Part shown: piece after piece, positions 12,921 to 24,270 of the stretch
Position numbering within the stretch: the stretch's first letter is position 1
Layout of the letters: each line of letters begins with the position of its first letter
Origin: Lama glama
Taxonomy: Eukaryota
Direction of reading: 5' to 3'
DNA: 64,000 nt
Assembly (NCBI GenBank): GCA_028534125.1
Contig: CM052818.1
Coordinates: 24,306,001 to 24,370,000 of the forward strand
Notes under the pieces: generated by a model
Told to the model about the DNA's origin: nothing
The model's database searches: none
The model's input: only the letters and a program-made list of their open reading frames with translations
Made by a program: the position numbers and the translations under genes

Positions 12921-14718
12921 ATGACTGCAGAGGGAGTTAGCACGAGGCCTTCCTCTGCTCTTACAGGCTGGTTCAATGTCACCTTGTTTTCAGGAGAGAT
13001 CCTCCAGCCCACTCAAGCCCTGCAATGACTGAATAAGTAGACACGCTGACCATGAACTTTTGCATATTTGGAAAATGCGCTGCTTCTATTTTTTTCGACC
13101 TTTTACTGAGCATGGAATTCTACCACCAGGGCCCTCTGCTGTGTCTTCTTTAGCATGGGAAAAATGTCAGAGCTTATCTCCCAATAGTGATGAGCTAAAA
13201 AAAGGGCCTTAGGCGATGGTGGGCTCTCTGAGGGTTTGCCAGAAAGTGCTGGACTCCATGAGGGGTTCTCCTGGGCCCTGGTGTGGTTTTCAGTAGCAAA
13301 CCATCCGCGGCAAACACAGGCTGGAGAATGCAGGTGGATGTTGGGGTGACTCTCAGACAGCCTGAGGCTCTGAGGGGCTCCAACCCAGCTCCACTTTTAA
13401 CTTTGTGTCAGACCTCAGGGCTTTGCTCTGATTCAGAACCCTTCCTTCTAACACTGTGTTATCTGATGTCATAACTGGCCTTTTAGATCCGAGTTACCCT
13501 GACTTAGAGCAGACCCTTCTCTGCTTCAGCACACCCCCAGCCAAAGCCCCAGGGGCAGAGGTTATATGAGGTCACTGAGAGACAGAAAGACTGGTAAGCA
13601 AAGCAGAGTGGTGGACGGAGCCACAATGGACCTAAATTCGCCCACTAGCGATGCTGTTGTCATATCCCTGATTACCTACATCCTTCATCACCTGTGTACT
13701 TTGTGGTCACTGTCCTTTTGCCACATGAGCTCATTTAGGTGGAATTATTACCCTTGCGTGTTTCAGTCATCTGAATCCTCTATAGAACTAATACGTGTTT
13801 TCAAATGATCGTGAAAGGGATGACTTCGACTCGGAGAAGGAAGATTTTATGGCTGGTAACACTGATTTCACAGGCTGCCAGGCAAGAGTCTGAGACATGC
13901 CTAGACCTGGTTATCTCCCTTTCCTGTTGTGGACGGCCTGCAGGTTCTAGAACGAGATCTGTACACAGATGTGAAGAGCTGTGCTTAAAGAACCAGACGC
14001 CCAGCTGCTCCTGCATCAGGAGACCCGAGCTTGCTGAGGAGAAGGAGGAAGTGTGCTCTCAGCAAAACATGCTTTTAAAAACTGCCCTTAATGTGTGGGA
14101 TTATTGCCTTATGGCAGATTTTTTTTTCTCCCTCAAGTACAAATACCACTGGGCTTTGATTGCAGCCCAGTTTAAAGATCACTCTGTGTTTCCAAGACCA
14201 ATAGGACACAATTTCATCAAGTGCAGTGTAAACTGTGTTCCAGAATTTAAGATCATCACCAAACCTTGTGTTGGTAGGATTTTGAAAGTCTGAATGTCAT
14301 AACCTCTACCTTAACAAGGTGATTTTGGCAATGAAACAGTTTCTGGAAGACGATTGTACTAAGCAGAATTTAAAAGAAAATCTGCTTGAGCAACAAGGAG
14401 AAAGTTATTTAATGCTTCAAAAGTTTTTTTCTTTCCTTTTATTGGCTGTTAACAGGCATACATGTGTATTCAATGAGGCAAGGTTTTAATTGAACTTTGC
14501 ATTCCAATAAGTCTGTTGTATACATTGTTCAGGGGATGGGGACTACATAGAGAAAATCCACAAAGGGAGAGATTGAGTTGTAACCTTTACAAAGGATTGC
14601 TTAATCACAGATGGGTTCTTAGAATCATGATTCATCATAGTATGGTGATAGTCAAATATAAACAAACCACTGGTAAACATAATAAAAACAAGTCATTAGT
14701 CATGCTTTGAATCTGGCT

Positions 14719-14768
14719 CTAACGGTGTGACTCTTTTTTCCACCCTCCCCCCATCTTTTTCCCAGTAG
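14719..14768 (+). other. SLC8A1: 3' splice site of the SLC8A1 large exon: branch-point candidate, polypyrimidine tract and tandem CAGTAG acceptor
   Basis: CTAAC at 14719-14723, pyrimidine tract at ~14731-14763, then CAG (14763-14765) and TAG (14766-14768) directly upstream of the ORF. Confidence 0.9.
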
Positions 14769-14804
14769 GTGGGGACGATAGTTGGAACTCTGCCATCGTA
14801 CGAC

Positions 14805-16603
14805 ATGCCGCGATTCAATCTCTCCCCCACCTTTTTGATGGGATTTCATCTGTTAGCCATGCTGGTTCTCTTATTTTCCCACGTGGACCCTATAAGTGCT
14901 GAGACAGAAATGGAAGGAGAAGGCAATGAAACAGGCGAATGTACAGGCTCGTATTACTGTAAGAAAGGGGTAATCTTACCCATTTGGGAGCCCCAAGATC
15001 CTTCCTTTGGGGACAAAATTGCTAGAGCAACTGTGTATTTTGTGGCCATGGTCTACATGTTTCTTGGCGTCTCTATCATTGCCGACAGATTCATGTCCTC
15101 TATAGAGGTCATCACTTCTCAAGAAAAAGAAATCACCATAAAGAAACCCAATGGTGAGACCACCAAGACGACTGTGAGGATCTGGAATGAGACGGTCTCC
15201 AACCTGACCTTGATGGCCCTGGGCTCCTCGGCGCCAGAGATCCTCCTCTCAGTGATTGAAGTGTGTGGCCACAACTTCACAGCAGGAGACCTCGGCCCGA
15301 GCACAATCGTGGGGAGCGCTGCGTTCAACATGTTCATCATCATCGCGCTTTGTGTTTACGTGGTCCCAGACGGGGAGACCAGGAAGATCAAGCATTTGCG
15401 TGTGTTCTTCGTGACGGCAGCTTGGAGCATCTTTGCGTATACCTGGCTTTACATTATTCTGTCTGTCATCTCTCCTGGGGTCGTGGAGGTCTGGGAAGGT
15501 TTGCTGACTTTCTTCTTCTTTCCCATCTGTGTTGTGTTCGCTTGGGTGGCAGATAGGAGGCTTCTGTTTTACAAGTATGTCTACAAGAGGTATCGGGCTG
15601 GCAAGCAGAGGGGAATGATTATCGAACATGAAGGAGACAGGCCATCTTCCAAGACTGAAATTGAAATGGATGGGAAGGTGGTCAACTCCCATGTTGACAG
15701 TTTCTTAGATGGTGCTCTGGTTCTGGAGGTGGACGAGAGGGACCAAGATGAGGAAGAAGCCAGGCGAGAAATGGCTCGGATTCTGAAGGAACTCAAGCAG
15801 AAGCATCCAGAGAAAGAAATAGAGCAATTGATAGAATTAGCTAACTACCAGGTCTTAAGTCAACAGCAAAAGAGTCGAGCATTTTACCGCATTCAAGCTA
15901 CCCGCCTGATGACTGGAGCAGGCAACATTTTAAAGAGGCATGCCGCTGACCAAGCAAGGAAGGCTGTCAGCATGCACGAGGTCAACACAGAAGTGGCTGA
16001 AAATGACCCTGTCAGTAAGATCTTCTTTGAACAAGGGACATATCAGTGTCTGGAGAACTGTGGTACTGTAGCCCTGACCATTATCCGCAGAGGTGGTGAT
16101 TTGACCAACACAGTGTTTGTTGACTTCAGAACAGAGGATGGTACGGCCAATGCCGGGTCTGATTATGAATTTACTGAAGGGACTGTGGTCTTTAAGCCCG
16201 GTGAGACCCAGAAGGAAATCAGAGTCGGCATCATTGATGATGATATCTTTGAGGAGGATGAGAATTTCCTTGTGCATCTCAGCAATGTCAAAGTATCTGC
16301 CGAAGCCTCGGAAGATGGCATCCTGGAAGCCAATCACGTCTCTACACTCGCTTGCCTGGGGTCTCCCTCCACTGCCACCGTGACTATTTTTGATGATGAC
16401 CACGCAGGCATCTTTACTTTTGAGGAGCCCGTGACTCATGTGAGTGAGAGCATCGGCATCATGGAGGTGAAAGTGCTGAGAACGTCTGGAGCTCGCGGAA
16501 ACGTCATCGTTCCCTACAGAACCATTGAAGGCACTGCCAGAGGTGGAGGGGAGGACTTTGAGGACACTTGTGGAGAGCTCGAATTCCAGAACGATGAAAT
16601 TGT
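14805..16603 (+). CDS. SLC8A1: Sodium/calcium exchanger 1 (NCX1), coding part of the large first coding exon (exon 2). Partial CDS that continues in exons beyond the window.
   Basis: The ORF reads MPRFNLSPTFLMGFHLL...SA|ETEMEGEGNETGECTGSYYCKKGVILPIWEP (32-aa signal peptide, NET sequon). It includes the alpha-1 repeat LMALGSSAPEILLS, the XIP segment RRLLFYKYVYKRYRAGKQRG, and Calx-beta/CBD1 (IIDDDIFEEDENF, TIFDDDHAG). It ends at FQNDEIV exactly at a GT|GTAAGT donor (16604). ATG at 14805 is in GACATGC context. Confidence 0.99.
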
Positions 16604-16609
16604 GTAAGT
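16604..16609 (+). other. SLC8A1: 5' splice donor of the SLC8A1 large exon (phase 2)
   Basis: GAAATTGT|GTAAGT. The consensus donor lies where NCX1 homology (…QNDEIV) stops. Confidence 0.95.
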
Positions 16610-19600
16610 TCTCTCTTTTTATTTTAATACCTGTGTGTGTGTGGTTGAGTGTGTTTGTGGATGTGCCAGTGTGTGCATGTTTTTTAAAACCTGAATGGCA
16701 AAGAAAATGTGGAATAGTTACTATGTAAGACCACTTTCAAATTATCAAAATATCCTAATTTCTAGCTCATGAGCCAGTAATCAGTATGCTATATATGCAG
16801 AGATCTGAAGTTGATTTTATTTTTTACTTTTGGACTGTTAACAGCTTTTAAGTACATCTGTAGATCATGATAGAATGAGTGTCCTGCACAATTTATCCAA
16901 CTGCTTATCATGGGCTGAAAAATGTGTGTTCTATCTTGATCATGTAATATACACACAGAAAGGGAATATTTAAAACATCACATTAGGTCCTAACTTCATT
17001 ACCGAGTACAGATTGGGAAAGCCCAAAAAGGAACCATCTCGGAAAAGAATTTCCTGGCTAACAGGGCTGGCTGAAATGACTTCTGCTGCTTTTATCTGAC
17101 ACTGTTTTTGTGATAATATAAGATAATGTTTCTGCTTAAATGCTAATGCTTAATTATGACTTAATGATCAATCCTGCCTTTCAGTTTTATGCCACTGGGG
17201 AAAAGTCATAAAGCTCTTCTTTAGTTCCAGTCTGATTTTACTTTACATGATGGAACAAACCCTTTTGTCCTACTAGTATAGGGTTGGGGGAGGAAATAAG
17301 ATTCTGTCCAAGCATCCGAGTTGACAGGGAGCAGATCAGAGAAAAGAAGTGGGAACAATTTACTCTTCCTTTTGGTACTTTACAGTGACACTTGCCAGTG
17401 TTGTAACACAGGATGTCTGGTTGTGCAATGATTCTTCCATTGACAGCTGCTGTTTAGAGAGCTATTGTTCCTTCCTTGCCTAGGGGAGCAGGCGTCACAC
17501 TCACCAAAAGCAAACCAGAAAATGTGGCTCAATGAGCAGTATCCAAAATGGAAGGAAGCAAGGAAGAAAGGAAACTATTTTAATATCTGCAGGGTGTCAG
17601 AGGACATTCAAATGAACGGTTATGTTGGTGGAATCATTGGCAACTTGGGAATTTCAGGAAAAATAATATAAAATATAGTTTGTTCTAGAGATGGTTAACT
17701 TTGGTGTAAATGACATGTGATAGATATATCAAATGGCGAGTACATTCTCTCCAAGATGAAACTGCTCCTTCAGTAAGTGTAAGGGAAATTAACACAAAGT
17801 TGGAGGTGGGGATGGGCAGAGGGAACAGATTTTCCTAAAAGAGCCTCCCCATGTCTTTCACCTCTTTGACATTACATTATAGAGGTGGACAAATAGTGTA
17901 TTGTCACAATGAAATCAAGCAAAGAGATTTTAATAGCCATCTTTGGATGTGTGGGTGGGATACCTTTTGCTGAATATCTGTTTTACGTTGGTTCCTGTGG
18001 GTTAACGTTCCCTTAGTGAGATGTGTTTCCTTGGGGCAAGTTTTTTACTGAAAGATGATAATACAGTAGCAAATGAATACCTTACATACCCAAGGAAGGA
18101 TTGTCCCAAAAGCCTGTGTAGAATGTGATCCTGCCCACATTAGCCCATAAACTTAATTTCTTTAGTAGGAAACCTTTCTCATTACATTGTACCTAATACA
18201 ATACCCTCTTGTATTAGGTACACTTTTACATGGATTACAAATGCTGTTGCATGTGTTTAAGGGAATATTGTGTGTTATTAAGTGAACTCACAAGGGGAGC
18301 TCTTAAATATGAGCAAATTGGTGTTTAGTTTTGTTTACTCATTTTGCTTAGGATGTTTTCTCGAGAAAATTTGCTTTTGCTTTCTCTTGAGGATAACGGC
18401 TCTGCATTTGAGGGGTAGGCTTTCCCTATCTAATCTGCTGTCCAGGACTTTTTTACTAAACCATAAACAAATAACTTTCTTTTAGGTATAGTGTAGCAGA
18501 AGAAGAAGAAAGAAAAAAAACCACAGTGATTTGATGGTATAATTTATTCTGCCAACATTAAAACTCACCCTATGCCACTGAATTCATTTAATTCTTGCTA
18601 AGGAAGGAATATTGCCAAATTTCAGTATTAGAAATTTAGACACCGTGTGAAAACTTGTAAGAATCAGTGGAATTATCAGCATGCCATCTCTGTATATATG
18701 TTGTCAGGAATGTTCTAGAACAATTGCCAATTCCTAGTTTCATAAAATTCTTCTTGGATTTCATTTACTAAGTTGAAATATGAAATTTTAGAAATGGAAA
18801 AACATTTTATTTATAAATGAAATGAAATTATAGCCTTATGTTTTTGCCTTCTTTCTAGAATTTTAATTTTAAAGAGTCTTCATCTTACAGAGTTTTCCTA
18901 CTGACGAGGTTTGTAGATGGTTATTAGGTCTATTGCTTGAATACATTTGCTGGGGTGACTGGGACTTAGCCTTAAGCTAGGCTCCAAGGATTCAAACATA
19001 ATGCTTCTAGAAAAATATAGTATTATTAAAGGTCTCTTATTCTTTGTTTTTTTTTTTAATGGATTTTTCCTGTGGTTGTTATTTCCAATGCCAGGTCCAC
19101 ACAGTCAGATCCAAGTGAAAGAGAGTTTGTCATCATGCAGTGAGGTTGAGCTATGTAGATTCCACTCAGTTTATCTTTAAAAATGAATTTACATTTCATC
19201 CAATTACACAGTTAATCTTGAGATATGACTTTCTTAAAAACCTACCATACATCAATAGTTGACACCATTGAGTTTTATTAAATACTTTAAAACATCTTTT
19301 TTTGTTTGTTTGTTTAATGCTGTACATGAAGCCAGAGTTTGTGATTCTTTCCAGAGCACCATAAAAGAGATTCCTGGAAAAGCCTGGATTTAGAGTATAT
19401 TGAATTTTAAGACGTCATTAACCAAGGTAAAAATAGGGTCCAGTCTGATCAGATATAGATAGGAGGTAGTTGCCTTTATTGATTCACTGATTTTCAAGAA
19501 CAAGATAATTTCCTAATCCTTGACCTCATTTTTAGTGTAGAGGAAGTCATTGAAGTTTATAACATAAGCAAGTCTGTACCTATTCATTCTTATTTTTAAG

Positions 19601-21784
19601 TAAATGAGTTGAATTATTTCAGCTTGACCTTTTTAAAAATCAGAATCAGTATTTGAGGAAAATATCGGTTAACTGGTAAGAGGTACTTGTCTCTAATAAA
19701 ATATATTCTCAGCAAAATATTTTAAAAGTATAATGCAAAAACCCATCAAATAGATATAATTAACAGCATATGCTGTTGTAGAAACTCAATCAGTGACCAA
19801 TACTAAACCCATGCCAGCTAATCTTGACTTTCAACAGGGAATTCTGTCTAAAGTAACAGCTAATAAAAAAAATCAATGAAGAATATGCTAATTTGGTTTG
19901 TGGTTTGGTAGGTGATAGCCACAGATTTGACGTGCTAGTGATGTTTGTTCTTTCATGATGCTGGTTTAGTGATAATAATTATTACAAAACATAGTTCGGG
20001 CTTTCAAAGTCTAACATTAGCTTGACTGTTCTGGAAAATGTTAAGGTTAATTAACTAATGTAGATACAAATCAAACTTAATTACTTAGTTATAGGCCAGC
20101 AATAATATCATTTTTGGAAGATGATTCAAAAGATCATGAACATTTACTGTCATACATTTAAAATGCAAAGTTGGAAAGCAAAGTATATAGGTTGGAAAAT
20201 TTACATAATATATTGCTTAGTAAATCAGTTTACTGGGGCTTTCTAGCCATGATTTGTTAAGCAGTGGATCTGTCCAAAGTTAACTTTATTTTTAAAACTA
20301 TTACATTTTCAAGTATAATTGTAACTTCATTGACTCTAGCAAATGCAATATGCAAGACATTTCAACAAATATACCTCTTGAATTCAAAATATTTACATCA
20401 CTTTTTGAAAAATAAATAGAAAAGAAATAAAATTTTAGTACTTACAGGTTTTATGGAATCATTATTATTATATTACAGGGAAAATACTTTGTTTTTGCTA
20501 TTTATATTATCAATATCCTTTTCTTGCTCTATAGAATTCCAAGGAATAAAGACCTAGCTGTATGAGATTGCAATTCAGTTCTGAAAGTAGAACAAATATG
20601 TAATATGAAAAGGCTGCCAGCTCTTTAAAAAATGAAGAAAAAAAAACAGTAAGAAAATTTAAAGTGACCAGAACAAGAATAATAATGGTGTATATTTGGG
20701 AGAATCAGAAATGATGAAAAATACTAGAGATAATGTTAGACAAGAAAGGCTATTAACACATCTACCTTAAATCTGATCAATATTTAAGATTTACTGTGTG
20801 GCAGAAGAATTTTATCTGCCCCATTTAGCCTACCAAAATAATAAAGCATTTACACTGACATAAAATTTTCCTAAGTAATGTAAAAACTTTAGGTGGAATA
20901 ATTTTGGGCTTTTAATATATTTCTGCTTTGGTGGATTGTCTTTTCAGACTGGACTATCTGTCTCTTCTTAGAACCAAATCACATGTAGCATCATGTGCAA
21001 ATCTAAATTGCAACTACAAGAAATGTTTTTATAAATGCATATGTTTCCATGAATGCATAACTGTTATAAAAATAAAAAATTTACGACTTCTAATTCACTA
21101 CTGCCAGGAGCCTAACTTGATTATGTGCAGAAGTGTTGTTTACCATGTCAACCAGCTTGTCCTGTTTGCTGTTGTAATCTCGTTTTCCCACTGCTAATTA
21201 GAGTTTGGGGTTGTAATATCGTTATGTAAAGAAATTTTATCTTAGCGAATGAGGAGATTTCATAGTTTAGACACACTGAAATATTTAAATTATGGACTCT
21301 TTTCTGAGTCATAATTCAAAGTCATCACTTAGGGGATTGTTGCTTCATTGGTTCAGGGTTAGAGAAGAATTTATATATTAATCCATCTGCACGTACTTAC
21401 TAAGCTACTGATTTTTGCCCAGTACTGGGCTAATCATTATGAAGGAAACAGAACTATCCTCCAAATACTCAAAAACGGGAGATAATGAGCTAACATATTT
21501 TGCTAAGTACAAACATCACTACAAAGATACAGTTTAAGCTGGAGGAGAAACCTTAATTTCGGGCAAAATATTTGCATTTGCAGAAGGCATAATTGGAGAT
21601 AAAAATGTGATGTGCATTTCAAGATGGAGTCATATCTTGGTAAACCTGAGTGTGTGGACGTTGTCAATCAATAGGATGATTAGCAATATTAATGAAAAAC
21701 TTAGTGAGCATTCATTTTCTTTAATGGAATTTTAAATCATTAAGATCATTAAGAGGGTATTTAATCTGAGTATATCTCTCTTTC

Positions 21785-22067
21785 AGCCAGTTGCAGAATG
21801 ACAAACACTGTATGATTCTACTTTAGTGTGGGATAGCTAAACTAGATGGATCTCATAGGAGCAAGGAGCAGAGCTGTGGTGGAGGGGGGAGGGGGAGGGG
21901 AGTTGTTAATCAACAGGTGTCCAGTTTCAGTCATGCAAAATGAATAAGTTCTAGGGATCTGTTATACAACACTGTACCTACAGTTAACAATGTGTGTCAT
22001 ACACTTAAACATCTGTAAGATGGTAGATCTTGTGAAATGTTTTTACCATAATAAAATAAAAATAAAT
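21785..22067 (+). mobile_element. Older L1M (L1MA/MB-like) 3' end
   Basis: GACAAACACTGTATGATTCTACTT...GTTTCAGTCATGCAAAATGAATAAGTTCTAGGGATCTGTTATACAACA...ACCATAATAAAATAAAAATAAA. Confidence 0.75.
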
Positions 22068-23589
22068 TTTCAGATAAAATTGCTGATCTACTTAAAAAAA
22101 AAAAAAGCTCATGTGCTTGCCCCTGCGTATCTCATTGCCTCTTATAGTTTCTGAAGAAAGTTTATAAGACTTCTAGTAAAATGTCCTCAGTATTTTATTT
22201 TGCACTTTGTGAATTAGTCCTTGGTCTCCAGAGATGGTTTTGACTTACTTTTAATCCTATTCCATTGGAGTAGCCCTTAACCTATTTTGCATCCCCCCCT
22301 GCCCTCCGTTTTCTCAGAGTTTCCAGGGTCCAACCACCATCTTGGTAGAACTTGAGCAGATTTTACATCAAATTGTCAAGTGTGAAGAGATTTTCTTTGG
22401 TTTTCTTTCCTGAGGACACCGGTAACCCATGGAATGAGATTTAAGCAACCATGAGGGTATAACACTTATAATAGGGTTTTATTTGTTGTTATGTTATGTC
22501 CTTGTGAGACTGAGGTGTAGAAAATTGTCTATGAGTCACAATATCCTGAGAACCGTTGAAGTTTTCTTGTAAAATATGTCCACCTTGTTCTGTCATGGTT
22601 ACTGAAATTCTGCCCACTTGAGATTCATTCTTTGGGATGGGAAAGCTGTTAGGCCCCTATTCCGTTGTAAATGCCATGCAATTCTTAAGTGTTATCCTTG
22701 CTCTGGTAGAACAGAAGTGGCTCTGAGCCAGGTGGCAGGAAGGGAAGAGAGGACAGCCAAATGTAAGGTGGGTCAGTGGCTCTAGAGATGGTCTTTAGAA
22801 GTGCCGTGGGTGAGCCAGCTGAGGGGAGCCCTGTGGAAGGTGTCCATTGGGCAGGCCAGCAGCTGTGGCAGCCAGTAGAGTTCAGCTGCCAGCTTCCCGC
22901 CCTGCCTTGCCCGGTCTGCCCTGGTAGTGGAAAGTCCAGAAGGTCCGGAAAACAAGCAGTCAACAATACGGGCAGAATGAAAGGAAATCTCCTCCTTTGC
23001 TTCCTCTCCTGGCTCGACATGCAGCCTACGTCATACCACGTCTTTTTGCCAAAGGTTGGGCCGGCCAGGGCTCATTCTTTTCACAGGTCTATGCAGCTGT
23101 CTCACGGTAGAGCCAGGCGAAACCAACAATGCCTTTTCATTTCCTGCCTTTCTCCCCAGGACTTGTGCTCTCCATGACATTTTCTTTCCTTCTTATAATG
23201 TCTCCACAGGGTCAGATGGGGGGATAGGCCTTGTGTTCTTTGTGACACACAGAGTTGAAGAGCTGGAGGCCAGGGGCAAAAACAGCCGAAAGCAGAACTT
23301 GGGTCCCTTGCCCTTCAGGGTGGTGTTGGTGCTAACAGGACAACCAGGGAAATTTCACTATTCCTGGTAATTCAGATATTAATGACACAACTTAGGATGT
23401 TTTATTTCCAGATACAATTTTTTTGAGGCTTAGATATGAGAGATCTGGAGGTCTGGGTGCCCCTGAAGCCCTGTGAAGCCCTGAAACTGGGACCACCCCA
23501 CTTTTCCGTGTTAGACTTTCCGAGATAAGAGATGGGACTTAGGAGGAGTGCTTGACTTGGGTTCCTCACCCAGCTGGAGCTCTTCCTTT

Positions 23590-23674
23590 GTCCCCTGCTA
23601 GCTTTGTAACTTGCAGCAACTTGAAGCTTTAACTTTAAGCTCTAAGTCAGTTTCTTCACCTGTAAAATGAGGGT
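23590..23674 (+). mobile_element. MIR core fragment
   Basis: TCAGTTTCTTCACCTGTAAAATGAGGGT. Confidence 0.6.
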
Positions 23675-24047
23675 GATGGTGGTAGAGGTGGGGATGGTGT
23701 TGGTGAGACTGGCGACTGAGGTGGTTGGTACTGGAGGTGGTGGTGATGGTGTTGGAGGGTGGTTTTGGGTAGAGTGGTGATGGTGGTGGTGTTGAGGGTA
23801 GTGGTAGTAGTGGTGGTGAGGTGGTGATGATGGTGGTAGTGGTGGAGATGGTGATGGTGGCAGAAGTGGTGTTGGAGGCGGTGGTTTTGAATAGGGTGGT
23901 GCTGGTGGTGCTGGTGTTGGAGGTGGTGGTTTGGGATATGGTGGTGCTGCTGGTTGTGGTGGAGGTGTTGAGGATGGTGTTGGTGGTAGTGGTGGTGGTT
24001 TTGGATGTGATGGTGATGTTGGGGGTGACAGTAATGGTGGAGATGGT
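23675..24047. repeat. Degenerate (GGT/GAT)n trinucleotide repeat, ~370 bp
   Basis: Continuous GGTGGT/GGTGAT/GGTGTT units that produce the spurious poly-His and poly-Val ORFs. Confidence 0.95.
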
Positions 24048-24270
24048 ATAAGATGTATTGAGAGCCAGGTGTCATGCTGTTTTTCTTACAATATTCACTT
24101 GATTTAATCCTCACAAAAACTATATTAAGCAGGTGCTATTACACTCATTTTACAGATGAGGAAATCAAGGCTTACTCAGTTGAGAGTAACTGACTTCCTT
24201 TGGGTCACACAGCTAATGTGGGATGATCTAGCATTTGGCAGCAGGACTGCCTAACTGCAAGGGCTACACT
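24048..24270 (-). mobile_element. MIR
   Basis: ATTTAATCCTCACAAAAAC...CTCATTTTACAGATGAGGAAATCAAGGCT...GGTCACACAGCTAAT. Confidence 0.8.

Noticed and set aside
13805..14293. 162-aa ORF upstream of the exon, and the many other 60-170 aa ORFs
   Set aside because: They have no recognisable domains or splice context, and many overlap repeats. The number is compatible with chance in intronic DNA.
14769..14804. ORF-track start at GTG giving a 612-aa protein ending at 16607
   Set aside because: 14769 is the exon boundary (5' UTR) and the TAA is part of the GTAAGT donor. The true start is ATG 14805 and the CDS is spliced onward.
15119..16439. Antisense and alternative-frame ORFs overlapping the NCX1 exon
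   Set aside because: They are shadow ORFs of a long coding exon with no recognisable homology.
23656..24114. 152-aa His-rich ORF (minus) and Val-rich ORF (plus)
   Set aside because: These are translations of the (GGT)n repeat and flanking MIRs, with no evidence of a real gene.
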